From the sequence record MZ234031.1: a stretch of DNA of 64,000 nt. The stretch is one strand, 5' to 3'. The translations under genes and the position numbers were made by a program. The notes below the pieces were generated by a model that searched no databases, had not been told where the DNA came from, and saw nothing but the letters and a program-made list of their open reading frames with translations. This stretch comes from Escherichia phage vB_EcoM-CHD94UKE2. Shown in pieces: positions 1-9,013 of this stretch (the first letter of the stretch is position 1; every line of letters begins with the position of its first letter).

Positions 1-969
1 ATGAAAACTGTAACTATCAATAAGGGTATCTACTTCGGTAAAGAAATCTCTGGAACTTTTGAGCTCTTAGGTGAATGGTTCCCAGATAATGCTCCGGTAG
101 ATGCACAAGGAGATGGTAAAGTTTTTGTTGAAATTGACGGTAAGCGTCGCGGTGTTTGGGTTTACAAATCAGACATTTCATATGATGGTGTAAAAGTTGA
201 AGAAGTTAAAGAATCATATGAAGATATGAAAACCCGCATTAATAAAAGATTTAATGTTATGGGAATGATGACGAATGGTATTATTAACGGAAACATTCGT
301 TCATTAATTATCTCTGGTGCGGCGGGTATTGGTAAAACGTATTCTTTAGATAAAGCTTTGAATAAAGCAAATGATAATGGATACATTGAATATAAAAGCA
401 TTAACGGTAAAATCTCCGGTATCGGTCTTTATGAACAACTTTGGAATAATCGTGAAGAGAATTCTGTCCTTTTGATTGATGATGTGGATGTTTTCTCTGA
501 TATGGACATTCTTAATCTTCTGAAAGCTGCTCTGGACACTGGAGAGACCCGTAAAGTCTGCTGGAGCACCGCATCTTCTTACTTAGAAGAAAAAGGCATT
601 GAGCGTGAGTTTGAATTTAAAGGAACGATTGTTTTTATCACAAACGTTGACATTGACCGCGAATTAGACCGTGGTACTAAACTTGCTCCACATTTACAAG
701 CATTAGTGTCCCGCTCGGTTTATTTGGATTTGGGTGTTCACACTAATGAAGAAATTATGGTCAGGGTTGAAGATGTTATTCTTTCAACTGACATGATGCA
801 AAAGCGCGGTCTTTCTGATGAAGAAACTTATAAAGCATTATCATGGATGAAAGTTAATGTTAATCGTTTACGCAATGTTTCACTGCGTACTGCTCTTTAT
901 CTTGCTGACTTTATTATGACCGACAAAAACGGTTGGGAAGAAATTGCTGAGGTTACTCTTCTGAAATAA
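1..969 (+). CDS. P-loop NTPase (AAA-like ATPase), nrdC-upstream region protein
   Basis: 322-aa ORF from ATG at window position 1 (5' end may be cut by window edge); Walker A GAAGIGKT and Walker B LLIDDVD. Confidence 0.6.
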   Translation: MKTVTINKGIYFGKEISGTFELLGEWFPDNAPVDAQGDGKVFVEIDGKRRGVWVYKSDISYDGVKVEEVKESYEDMKTRINKRFNVMGMMTNGIINGNIRSLIISGAAGIGKTYSLDKALNKANDNGYIEYKSINGKISGIGLYEQLWNNREENSVLLIDDVDVFSDMDILNLLKAALDTGETRKVCWSTASSYLEEKGIEREFEFKGTIVFITNVDIDRELDRGTKLAPHLQALVSRSVYLDLGVHTNEEIMVRVEDVILSTDMMQKRGLSDEETYKALSWMKVNVNRLRNVSLRTALYLADFIMTDKNGWEEIAEVTLLK

Positions 970-1070
970 TTCATAAGAGGACTTCTATGACAAAAAGGCA
1001 GTTCAGAAATAGATTATATGGACTGCCATTAAAAAGATGACTAGAATTAAACTGGTGAATGGAGGTAATG

Positions 1071-1373
1071 ATGTTATACTCAAAGGCTCGTGAAATTTAC
1101 GAAACTAAAATTAAAGAAGCAGTATTTAAGTTCGCAACGACAATGCGATGGACAAATGACTGGGAGTATTCAAAAAATCATAAGAAGCCCATGGTGACAA
1201 GAAAGGCTCATATGTTAGTGTTAATAGACCGTGAGCAGATTAAAGCCCGAGAAGCCCTCCAGAATCATAAAAAGGCTGCCTTTGAATGGTTTATGGATAA
1301 CACTGCTCCTGAGACTAAGAAAGCGGTAAGCGCATGGTTCAGTGGAAAAAATTGTGAAAGAAGTTTCTTTTAG
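1071..1373 (+). CDS. hypothetical protein (~100 aa)
   Basis: ORF 1059-1373; ATG at 1071 is 5 nt after GGAGG; start choice uncertain. Confidence 0.4.
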   Translation: MLYSKAREIYETKIKEAVFKFATTMRWTNDWEYSKNHKKPMVTRKAHMLVLIDREQIKAREALQNHKKAAFEWFMDNTAPETKKAVSAWFSGKNCERSFF

Positions 1374-1375
1374 TG

Positions 1376-1405
1376 GTTTACAAGACTGTTCCTCTGTGGT
1401 ACTAT
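1376..1405 (+). promoter_or_regulatory. T4-type early promoter (GTTTAC-N18-TACTAT)
   Basis: -35 GTTTAC 1376-1381, -10 TACTAT 1400-1405; near-identical copy at 27491-27520. Confidence 0.6.
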
Positions 1406-1433
1406 ACAACTATCAACTACGGAGGAACACAAA

Positions 1434-1961
1434 ATGAACGCTAAAGATATTTTCAACCTGGTAAATTACAACGATGGTAAATTTAAATCTGAAGCACAAA
1501 GTAAGTTCTTTAATGACATCTCAATCGAAGGTGAAATCACGGTTGACGGAGGACAAATTTACAAATCTCGTTGGAATTGGATCGTTATTATCGATGAGAT
1601 TGGTATTGTAGAAATTTACAAGAATACGAATAAAAATCGTACATTACACTGGTCTCGTGATACTAACGAACAGTACAAAAAGGATAAAGCATCTAAATTA
1701 TCTCGTGTAACTCAAGAAGATATTGAGTTCATCAAGAAAGATATTTTGATGTATGATAACTTAATTGCTGAAGAGCAAGCTGTTATTGATAAATTTGATG
1801 AGATTAAAGCTTCTCGTGAAATTCCTGATTTTATGAAAGAATCAGTAAATGAACGATACACTCTCATTTCAGAGCGTATTGAAACTTACAAAAAGCAAAG
1901 AGCTGAACGCCAGAATACTCTTCGGAAGTTTGAAGAACGGTTAAAGACGGTACTCGCATAA
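1434..1961 (+). CDS. hypothetical protein (175 aa), C-terminal helical region
   Basis: ATG preceded by GGAGG; downstream of early promoter. Confidence 0.55.
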   Translation: MNAKDIFNLVNYNDGKFKSEAQSKFFNDISIEGEITVDGGQIYKSRWNWIVIIDEIGIVEIYKNTNKNRTLHWSRDTNEQYKKDKASKLSRVTQEDIEFIKKDILMYDNLIAEEQAVIDKFDEIKASREIPDFMKESVNERYTLISERIETYKKQRAERQNTLRKFEERLKTVLA

Positions 1962-2016
1962 CCGCTTTATACCAAGGATGGTATAATGGTTCTAAGCCCT
2001 TTTAATTGAGATTATT

Positions 2017-2424
2017 ATGAAACAGTTGATAATTAAAAGATTGAATTTATTGATATGTTGTTTATGTATAGCAATTGCATATGGTTATTACGCAATTAAT
2101 GATTATATGCATTATAAAGATTATGATGTTACTGTAGTTAATACCATTACAGGAACACAAGGAAAAGGGTCTAGTTTATCGTTTATTGCCGTATATGAAC
2201 TCAAAGATGGTTATAGATTTAGTGAATATATTTCCCCAGAGATGTATTCATCAATAGAAAAAGGTGATAATATTACTGTAAGTTTACGTCCTTTCGACGT
2301 AAAACAGACATTGTTTGATAATATTGTTTGGTTCTTTGGAATGGTATTAGTTCAATCTGTGTGTGGTGCTTATATAGTCTGTTCCATCTTATTCTGTATA
2401 TTTAGTAAAATTGAAATTGAGTGA
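2017..2424 (+). CDS. hypothetical membrane protein (135 aa)
   Basis: ORF with N- and C-terminal hydrophobic segments. Confidence 0.5.
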   Translation: MKQLIIKRLNLLICCLCIAIAYGYYAINDYMHYKDYDVTVVNTITGTQGKGSSLSFIAVYELKDGYRFSEYISPEMYSSIEKGDNITVSLRPFDVKQTLFDNIVWFFGMVLVQSVCGAYIVCSILFCIFSKIEIE

Positions 2425-2431
2425 GGAAAAT

Positions 2432-3319
2432 ATGTCAGTAGTAATTAATAATGTCAATGCAGTAATTAAATCTTTAGTTAATAAAAAATTAAATGAATGG
2501 ACTGTACTTCGTCGTGGAGAGCCAGATAAATTTTTTCATAGATTTAACCCAACTTTGGATTTGAATGTTATTGACAGAGATGTTCATGCTGAAATTTTAG
2601 ATAAATTTAAAGTTGATATTGGGTTTGGGTTAGATAAACATTTGCAACGAACAAACGGATCTGGAATGGGTTTATCTAATCGCATCATGAAAGCCCTTAA
2701 TAAAATTGGAGCGTTGTCTCGTATTAATGCGAGTGAAATCCTTCGCAATTATAATAAAGGATATGACCTTTATGGTCGACTAATGCCGAAATTATCATTT
2801 GACCAAATGATTGCGGATTTGTGGGAAAATCAACGACGATTATTAGCATTAGGCGCTCGATTAGCTAAAGGTCTAGATAAACAAATGATTTTTAAGACCA
2901 ATAATACAGAAGACCTTAAATGCTTTAAATTTAGTACTCGTGGAGATGATTATTACATCAGAGCTCGCTCTACAGATTATGTTAATATGGGGCATCATCT
3001 CTGTTTAGCTTTTGAAGTTTTAAAAGAAGCCGGAACATTAGAATATGTGTCTGGTGCTAAATGTCCGATTGGTTCAAATTGCATTTTAATTTATCGCCCA
3101 GATGAATCCAGTTCAACTAAATTACCTACAAAACCTGTACCAGTTCGCAGTAATGAAAAACATTCTGAACAAATTGCTTATTTTAATAAGCAGATTGAAG
3201 AGCTAAATATTTCTATTCAGCAATATGATGATGAAATTTTCAGACTATCTGGATTGAGTAGTAAAGCTAAATCTGAGCGTGAAAAATTAATTAAAATCGT
3301 TGATTTACTTAAATCTTAA
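2432..3319 (+). CDS. hypothetical protein, paralogue A of a 4-gene array (295 aa)
   Basis: ATG 2432 after TGAGGAAAAT; C-terminal amphipathic helix; ORF-track start 2411 is TTG. Confidence 0.55.
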   Translation: MSVVINNVNAVIKSLVNKKLNEWTVLRRGEPDKFFHRFNPTLDLNVIDRDVHAEILDKFKVDIGFGLDKHLQRTNGSGMGLSNRIMKALNKIGALSRINASEILRNYNKGYDLYGRLMPKLSFDQMIADLWENQRRLLALGARLAKGLDKQMIFKTNNTEDLKCFKFSTRGDDYYIRARSTDYVNMGHHLCLAFEVLKEAGTLEYVSGAKCPIGSNCILIYRPDESSSTKLPTKPVPVRSNEKHSEQIAYFNKQIEELNISIQQYDDEIFRLSGLSSKAKSEREKLIKIVDLLKS

Positions 3320-3327
3320 GGAACACC

Positions 3328-4356
3328 ATGAAAACTCGTTCTCAAATTGAAGATATGGTTCGTAATGCCAGCTATACTCGTGATGTTATGACATTTTTGT
3401 GTGAAAATAATTTAGACCCTGATAAAGTTAATCGTGTTATTCATCACTTTAAGTATACGAATAGCAGTGAATGGGTGCGTAATTTTAGTAAAGCAGGGTA
3501 TATTACACAAATGACTGCTCGTGAACAGCTCACCGATTTCTGTAAAACTATTGATTATAAAAATCCTTTGATTGTTCAAGGCGTTGGTCAAAGTAAGGTC
3601 GATTTATCATCTGGATTTTTCAATCCAAATCATTATCGTATTGAATGGAGATTTATTGCTCTATTCCGTAAACAATTAAAGCAAATTTTGTCTACTGCTA
3701 GTCGATTAAAAGGCTCTGATATTAACTTAAAGAACCTGAAATTTGATGGTTATACTCTTCAGATGGAAGTAAGACCGTTAAAAGAAAATAATAGAACTGC
3801 ACGAATTAGCTTTAAGCCTAATACTAAAAATTCTCTTTCAATTTGTGAATGTCTTAAATCACAGCTGACAGAAGCATTTAAGTATATGGATGTTGTTGCT
3901 GCTGTTCAATCTAAGATTTTACCTCGTTTTGAGCGAAATTGGGAACATACAACAACATATGAACTTGATATGATCGTTTCATTTAAATATGAATTTTTGA
4001 GAAAGGATGAAATTGTTCAAGAGAAAAAGCAGGAAGTGCAAGATACCTTAAATTTAAATTTATCCAATTACTTATCAAACGATCCTAAATTTTGGATGTA
4101 TAGCTCAAGCAATATAGATGCATGTAAACTTAATAAAGTGAGTTTTCTTCCTACTGAAAATTCAAATTTTAAACCTGTAGAAAAATGGCACGCTGACGCG
4201 ATTGAGAAGTCTCTTAAGGCAGTAGATGATGAACTCGTTAAAGCGACCAATGAAGTGCTAGAAGCTGAAAAGGCGTTAGAACAAGCTCAGTCAAGGGTTC
4301 AAAATCTGACAAAGCAACGTTCTAAACTGAACAATGCACTAAATGCACTGAACTAG
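3328..4356 (+). CDS. hypothetical protein, paralogue B (342 aa)
   Basis: AAGGAA SD; N-terminus MKTRSQIEDM; C-terminal coiled-coil-like segment. Confidence 0.6.
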   Translation: MKTRSQIEDMVRNASYTRDVMTFLCENNLDPDKVNRVIHHFKYTNSSEWVRNFSKAGYITQMTAREQLTDFCKTIDYKNPLIVQGVGQSKVDLSSGFFNPNHYRIEWRFIALFRKQLKQILSTASRLKGSDINLKNLKFDGYTLQMEVRPLKENNRTARISFKPNTKNSLSICECLKSQLTEAFKYMDVVAAVQSKILPRFERNWEHTTTYELDMIVSFKYEFLRKDEIVQEKKQEVQDTLNLNLSNYLSNDPKFWMYSSSNIDACKLNKVSFLPTENSNFKPVEKWHADAIEKSLKAVDDELVKATNEVLEAEKALEQAQSRVQNLTKQRSKLNNALNALN

Positions 4357-4385
4357 TTTACTTTGCCACAAGGATGTGGTATAAT
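4356..4385 (+). promoter_or_regulatory. T4-type early promoter (GTTTAC-N18-TATAAT)
   Basis: -35 GTTTAC 4356-4361, -10 TATAAT 4380-4385, upstream of ATG 4414. Confidence 0.6.
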
Positions 4386-4413
4386 GTTTTTACTTTCTAC
4401 TGAGGAGATTATT

Positions 4414-5415
4414 ATGACTCGTAACGAATATATCAAATCATTCAATAGCGTTATTGATGATAAAGCTATACCGATGTTTGGCCAAAATAGCGTTCTTTCT
4501 ATTATCAATCAATGGCTCAATAGTGTTGATGCAAGTATTGTTTCTTCTACTAAATTTATTCATGAAATTCGTAAAATTTCTAGCCGTGTAGATAAAGATG
4601 TTATCAAGAAAACCTTTAAAGAGTCTCGTCTTCTTTCATATTTGGTTAATCGGGATATTCTTGGTAATTTTGGGAAAGAAATTAAACGAACTAAAGATGT
4701 AGTAGGATACAATTGGTTCGGTGATGTTAATTCTTATCATCTTAATATTAAAGAAGACCCTGAGAATATTTTTACTCGTCGTTGGATCAGTAATTTCAGA
4801 CTTTTTAAGAAACAAATTCTAAAATCAGCTTCTAAATTATGTTATGGCGATTATCGTCAAATTCATCCTTTGGCTTCTGATATGATTATCATAAAAGAAT
4901 ATGAACTTGATAAAAATAAAGTATCTATTTTTGTGAATTATGGATTTTTTACACCAGAAACTAACCAAAAGAATATTAATAAATTTTTCTCAATTGCTAG
5001 CACTATAACTCGTCAATTAGAGACCGCATTACTTTGTATGGAAACAGTAGAAAATATTCATACATATCCTTTTAAGAATATATGCGGTTGGGAAGGATAT
5101 AAACTCGTAATTAGCCTTCGTGAAGTGAAATGTGCTTATTCACCTACTGATAAAGAAATTTACCAACAAAAATGTGATGAAATTGTGAATACTCCTAAAG
5201 AAGAAACTACCCTTGAGGAACTAATGGAATGTCTTGATGATTCACCTGAACCGATAGAAATTCGTCCAGAAGTTATTGCACTAGAAAAAGCTTATAAAGA
5301 AGTTCTAGAAATTTCTAATAAAGCGCAGAAAGAATATGAGCAGGCTAAAAGGATTTGGGAAGAATCTGTTAATCGTCTTGATCGTCTGGAACAAGCTTTA
5401 CAGTTAATTAAGTAA
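4414..5415 (+). CDS. hypothetical protein, paralogue C (333 aa)
   Basis: ATG 4414 after GAGGAG; ORF-track start 4363 lies inside the promoter; C-terminal coiled-coil-like segment. Confidence 0.55.
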   Translation: MTRNEYIKSFNSVIDDKAIPMFGQNSVLSIINQWLNSVDASIVSSTKFIHEIRKISSRVDKDVIKKTFKESRLLSYLVNRDILGNFGKEIKRTKDVVGYNWFGDVNSYHLNIKEDPENIFTRRWISNFRLFKKQILKSASKLCYGDYRQIHPLASDMIIIKEYELDKNKVSIFVNYGFFTPETNQKNINKFFSIASTITRQLETALLCMETVENIHTYPFKNICGWEGYKLVISLREVKCAYSPTDKEIYQQKCDEIVNTPKEETTLEELMECLDDSPEPIEIRPEVIALEKAYKEVLEISNKAQKEYEQAKRIWEESVNRLDRLEQALQLIK

Positions 5416-5467
5416 TTTAAAGCCAAGGATGGCTCGGAGTATAAATCATTAACCAAGTGAGAAGAAC

Positions 5468-6394
5468 ATGAAAACTCGTAAACATTATATTGATTATTTT
5501 GACAGTCTTATTACTAAACATCGTAATTATCAGATAGGACACAGAGCAGTAATCAATAATATTCTTCGTGATTTTTTAGACTATATTGGATGGGAAAACC
5601 ATATTTGTAAAGATACACAAAATGCGTATTCACATTCTCTTGGTTCTTTGCTCGAGTGGTTCAAACGTTCCCGATTACTATCTTCTGTGATAGCTGTTAA
5701 TAATGTTAAAAAATTTATGTATCCAAGCTACATTGAGACTAATGTATCAAATGCTAGTGTTGTTACATTTAATATTATTAACGACGTGAAAAGAACTTAT
5801 TTAGAAGAATGGTTTTCTAAAGATAGTAAAGAAAAATTTGCTAGTGAATTTTCACACGAATTCAATAATAACGTGAATATGCTTTTTAAGCATTCTCGTA
5901 GACTGTTTTGTCATGGTGATAACCGTACTATTAATGTGAATGTAAAAGACTGGGTTACGGCTAAATTCACTCCATCGTCCCAGAATGGGCAATTTGAATT
6001 GTCAATTATCATTTGTGCTCCGCACGAGATATATAAAAACCTTCCGTATATGAAACCACGCGAAGCTAATAAACACAATGAAACTATTAGTTCTTTGGCT
6101 TATAATTTACGCGTGTTATTATCTGATATGGATGTAGTCAAATCCTTTGATGATAATACGAATTATGGTCTTTCGCTGTTTGAAACTAAATTTGTTATTA
6201 AATTAAAGGACCCTAGTGAATTTAAACCTACACCAAAATCCAATCATGGAAATGATACTATGAAAGAAGAACGCGAATATCTCAGTGCCCGTTTGATTGA
6301 AGTTGAAAAACAGATTGAAGAGCATACTAAAGTTCTTAAGGCTTTAACCGCCAAAGCAAATGGTTTACGTAATGCTATTGAGGTATTGAAATGA
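5468..6394 (+). CDS. hypothetical protein, paralogue D (308 aa)
   Basis: N-terminus MKTRKHYIDYF resembles paralogue B; C-terminal amphipathic helix. Confidence 0.6.
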   Translation: MKTRKHYIDYFDSLITKHRNYQIGHRAVINNILRDFLDYIGWENHICKDTQNAYSHSLGSLLEWFKRSRLLSSVIAVNNVKKFMYPSYIETNVSNASVVTFNIINDVKRTYLEEWFSKDSKEKFASEFSHEFNNNVNMLFKHSRRLFCHGDNRTINVNVKDWVTAKFTPSSQNGQFELSIIICAPHEIYKNLPYMKPREANKHNETISSLAYNLRVLLSDMDVVKSFDDNTNYGLSLFETKFVIKLKDPSEFKPTPKSNHGNDTMKEEREYLSARLIEVEKQIEEHTKVLKALTAKANGLRNAIEVLK

Positions 6395-6780
6395 AAAAGC
6401 GTTTATTAGAAGACATTGCAGCTTCAAGTAATTCCAGTTTAATTAAAATTATTATGGCTGGTGAGGAAGATGATATGGAAATGCGTGGAAAGATTCACGG
6501 CTGCGACGATTTAGATTTTAAACCTCCAGCATGGGATGCTATTATGGCTATGGTTGAACGACGTGAAAGAGCTTCTAAAAACGTTCCTAATTGCCCTGAA
6601 TGCGGTACTGAACAAGTTCAATTGATTAACTGGCGTAAACCAGAGCTTGAATATAAATGCCGTCAATGTAAACATAAATTCAGTAAGCATGCTCCGGAAA
6701 TGGTTAAATTGCCTGACTCTACTGAGTTCTTTAAAGAACTTGTGAGTGTTCAACCAATGCCTAATAATATTTTGGATTAA
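6391..6780 (+). CDS. zinc-ribbon protein (129 aa)
   Basis: CPECG...CRQCKH four-Cys motif; ATGA overlap with upstream gene. Confidence 0.55.
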   Translation: MKKRLLEDIAASSNSSLIKIIMAGEEDDMEMRGKIHGCDDLDFKPPAWDAIMAMVERRERASKNVPNCPECGTEQVQLINWRKPELEYKCRQCKHKFSKHAPEMVKLPDSTEFFKELVSVQPMPNNILD

Positions 6781-6782
6781 AA

Positions 6783-7025
6783 ATGACCAAGCGTAAAGAA
6801 TATATGGAGGCTGCTGAAAAGGCAGTCCGTGAATTAGCAATAGCTTATTATAATGAACATGGTAAATTTCCTGATAGATACAGCGTGCTTAAATCTGCTT
6901 TAACTCGTTCATATAAAAATATGCTATCAGAAGTAAGTGATATTATATACAAACATAAAGAACAAACGGGCCAAAGTCTTGATTACGACGAGACTTTTAA
7001 ACAAGTACTAGGAATTAAGGAATAA
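6783..7025 (+). CDS. hypothetical protein (80 aa)
   Basis: ORF immediately upstream of nrdC. Confidence 0.45.
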   Translation: MTKRKEYMEAAEKAVRELAIAYYNEHGKFPDRYSVLKSALTRSYKNMLSEVSDIIYKHKEQTGQSLDYDETFKQVLGIKE

Positions 7026-7026
7026 T

Positions 7027-7290
7027 ATGTTTAAAGTATATGGTTATGATAGCAACATTCATAAATGTGTGTATTGCGATAATGCAAAACGTCTTTTGAC
7101 CGTGAAGAAACAGCCGTTTGAATTTATCAACATTATGCCGGAAAAAGGTGTTTTTGATGATGAGAAAATTGCTGAGCTTCTGACTAAACTAGGTCGTGAT
7201 ACTCAAATCGGCTTGACAATGCCCCAGGTATTTGCTCCTGATGGAAGTCATATTGGTGGATTTGACCAACTGCGAGAATATTTTAAATGA
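7027..7290 (+). CDS. nrdC: glutaredoxin/thioredoxin NrdC
   Basis: 87 aa, CVYC active site, AAGGAA SD; matches T4 NrdC by recall. Confidence 0.9.
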   Translation: MFKVYGYDSNIHKCVYCDNAKRLLTVKKQPFEFINIMPEKGVFDDEKIAELLTKLGRDTQIGLTMPQVFAPDGSHIGGFDQLREYFK

Positions 7291-7502
7291 TGCTCGAAGG
7301 AACTGACTATATTCATGATTACCGCGGAAGCGCGGTATATGTAGGTGATGAAGTTGCAGTTTATTATGGGTATAGAACTTTGATGACAGCCAAGGTTATT
7401 CAAATTAAAAATAATCGTGCTAAACTCGAAGTTTATTATTCTAATGGTGAAAAGTCTATTTCTAAGTGGAAATACGGCGATTGTATGGTTAAATTGGGGT
7501 AA
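7287..7502 (+). CDS. hypothetical protein (71 aa)
   Basis: ATGA overlap with nrdC stop. Confidence 0.45.
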   Translation: MMLEGTDYIHDYRGSAVYVGDEVAVYYGYRTLMTAKVIQIKNNRAKLEVYYSNGEKSISKWKYGDCMVKLG

Positions 7503-7504
7503 AT

Positions 7505-7675
7505 ATGATTTACGATATTAATGTATCAAGAACTCCGTCAATGGTTACTATTCCAGCCGAAGAACTAGATCGTCTTCAGAAAATTGAAGAGCTTCTTTGG
7601 GAAATTGAATCTGATTTGCCATCAGGATTAGAATCCTGGATTGATTATGAAGAACTTAATAAGCTTCGGGGTTAA
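7505..7675 (+). CDS. hypothetical protein (56 aa)
   Basis: short ORF, acidic; below 60-aa track cutoff, found by reading the sequence. Confidence 0.3.
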   Translation: MIYDINVSRTPSMVTIPAEELDRLQKIEELLWEIESDLPSGLESWIDYEELNKLRG

Positions 7676-7727
7676 ACCTTGGTGGGCGGCTAGATGGGAA
7701 ACTGTAGAGCCAGAGCCGGAAGAACCG

Positions 7728-7757
7728 GTTTACATTGATGAAGAAACAGTATATAAT
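7728..7757 (+). promoter_or_regulatory. T4-type early promoter (GTTTAC-N18-TATAAT)
   Basis: -35 7728-7733, -10 7752-7757, upstream of ATG 7798. Confidence 0.5.
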
Positions 7758-7797
7758 GAACCAACGATAAATGACTTAATTGATATGGAGATGGGAC

Positions 7798-8283
7798 ATG
7801 ATTACAGTAGATAAGTGGTTTAGAATTAATCGTGTTGATACAGGGCTATGTAATTACTGGCCGGAACTTAGTGCAGGTACTGTCTTTAAAGTTCGTGAAC
7901 TTGCAAAAGAATGCGAAGATGATATAGAACCTGATACTGGAATTATTGAAATTGAACTTTCCGACGGAAAGATTATTAACATCTATGATAAGCCAATTAC
8001 ATACTGGTGTTTGTGGAATACTGAATCCGTTGAAAATGGCGAAATTGAAGAAGTTGTAGAGAGAACTAGCCAAGATGTTCAGAAGCCTAAAGCCGCTTTT
8101 CAAGGTGAACGTATTTCATACGCATTAGCTAAATTAGCTGCGCAAGAAAATAACGATGGCTATGAAGGTAACCTGATGCAAGCTGCCGCAGAGTACATTG
8201 AATGGCTTGAAACTCAAATTTCTTTTTCTGACCAAAAGATTCGGCAATATAAGCGATTGCATCAAATGTTTTACAATACTTGA
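7798..8283 (+). CDS. pin: Pin-like protein (161 aa), assigned by size and position only
   Basis: ATG 7798 after GGAG; 161 aa between nrdC and gene 49 as in T4; ORF-track start 7780 is TTG. Confidence 0.45.
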   Translation: MITVDKWFRINRVDTGLCNYWPELSAGTVFKVRELAKECEDDIEPDTGIIEIELSDGKIINIYDKPITYWCLWNTESVENGEIEEVVERTSQDVQKPKAAFQGERISYALAKLAAQENNDGYEGNLMQAAAEYIEWLETQISFSDQKIRQYKRLHQMFYNT

Positions 8284-8499
8284 AAAAACTCAAAATTCTT
8301 TTTCTGACAGGACATTTTAATGAAAACCGAATTGGTTTATACTGAAAAGTTAAATGGCGGTAAGGTTTGGAAACTTTTTATTAAAGGACATTCTACGGAC
8401 CCTCATATGACCACTTGCGTAGGAACCTATTCTCGTCCTACTAAAAAGATGATTCGACAGTATAAACGATTGCATCGAATGTTTTACAATACTTAAAAA
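8213..8499 (+). repeat. imperfect direct repeats: 3' end of pin duplicated around a 135-bp unique insert
   Basis: 8213-8233 vs 8288-8308 (20/21); 8238-8287 vs 8451-8499 (about 45/50, all transitions). Confidence 0.8.
8320..8496 (+). CDS. small chimeric ORF (58 aa) sharing C-terminal 15 aa with Pin-like protein
   Basis: C-terminal MIRQYKRLHRMFYNT vs Pin KIRQYKRLHQMFYNT; weak SD. Confidence 0.35.
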   Translation: MKTELVYTEKLNGGKVWKLFIKGHSTDPHMTTCVGTYSRPTKKMIRQYKRLHRMFYNT

Positions 8500-8500
8500 T

Positions 8501-8539
8501 AATAAATACCCTTATCTATTTAAGGTAAGGGTATTTATT
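8501..8539 (+). promoter_or_regulatory. 14-bp perfect inverted repeat abutting the gene 49 start codon (possible RBS-sequestering hairpin)
   Basis: AATAAATACCCTTA 8501-8514 pairs with TAAGGGTATTTATT 8526-8539; ATG at 8540. Confidence 0.5.
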
Positions 8540-9013
8540 ATGTTATTGACTGGCAAATTATACAAAGAAGAAAAACAAAAATTTTATGATGCACAAAATG
8601 GTAAATGCTTAATTTGCCAACGAGAACTAAATCCTGACGTTCAAGCTAATCATCTTGATCATGACCATGAATTAAATGGACCAAAAGCAGGAAAGGTACG
8701 TGGATTGCTTTGTAATCTCTGCAATGCTGCAGAAGGTCAAATGAAGCACAAATTTAATCGTTCTGGCTTAAAGGGACAAGGTGTTGATTATCTTGAATGG
8801 TTAGAAAATTTACTTACTTATTTAAAATCCGATTACACCCAAAATAATATTCATCCTAACTTTGTTGGAGATAAATCAAAGGAATTTTCTCGTTTAGGAA
8901 AAGAGGAAATGATGGCCGAGATGCTTCAAAGAGGATTTGAATATAATGAATCTGACACCAAAACACAATTAATAGCTTCATTTAAGAAGCAGCTTAGAAA
9001 GAGTTTAAAATGA
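8540..9013 (+). CDS. 49: endonuclease VII (Holliday-junction resolvase)
   Basis: 157 aa, MLLTGKLYKEEKQ..., Cys cluster; matches T4 gp49 by recall. Confidence 0.9.
   Translation: MLLTGKLYKEEKQKFYDAQNGKCLICQRELNPDVQANHLDHDHELNGPKAGKVRGLLCNLCNAAEGQMKHKFNRSGLKGQGVDYLEWLENLLTYLKSDYTQNNIHPNFVGDKSKEFSRLGKEEMMAEMLQRGFEYNESDTKTQLIASFKKQLRKSLK

Noticed and set aside
7647-7805. 52-codon ORF overlapping the early promoter and the Pin-like start
   Set aside because: It overlaps the 7505-7675 ORF, a promoter and the following gene, and has no SD; more likely non-coding leader sequence.
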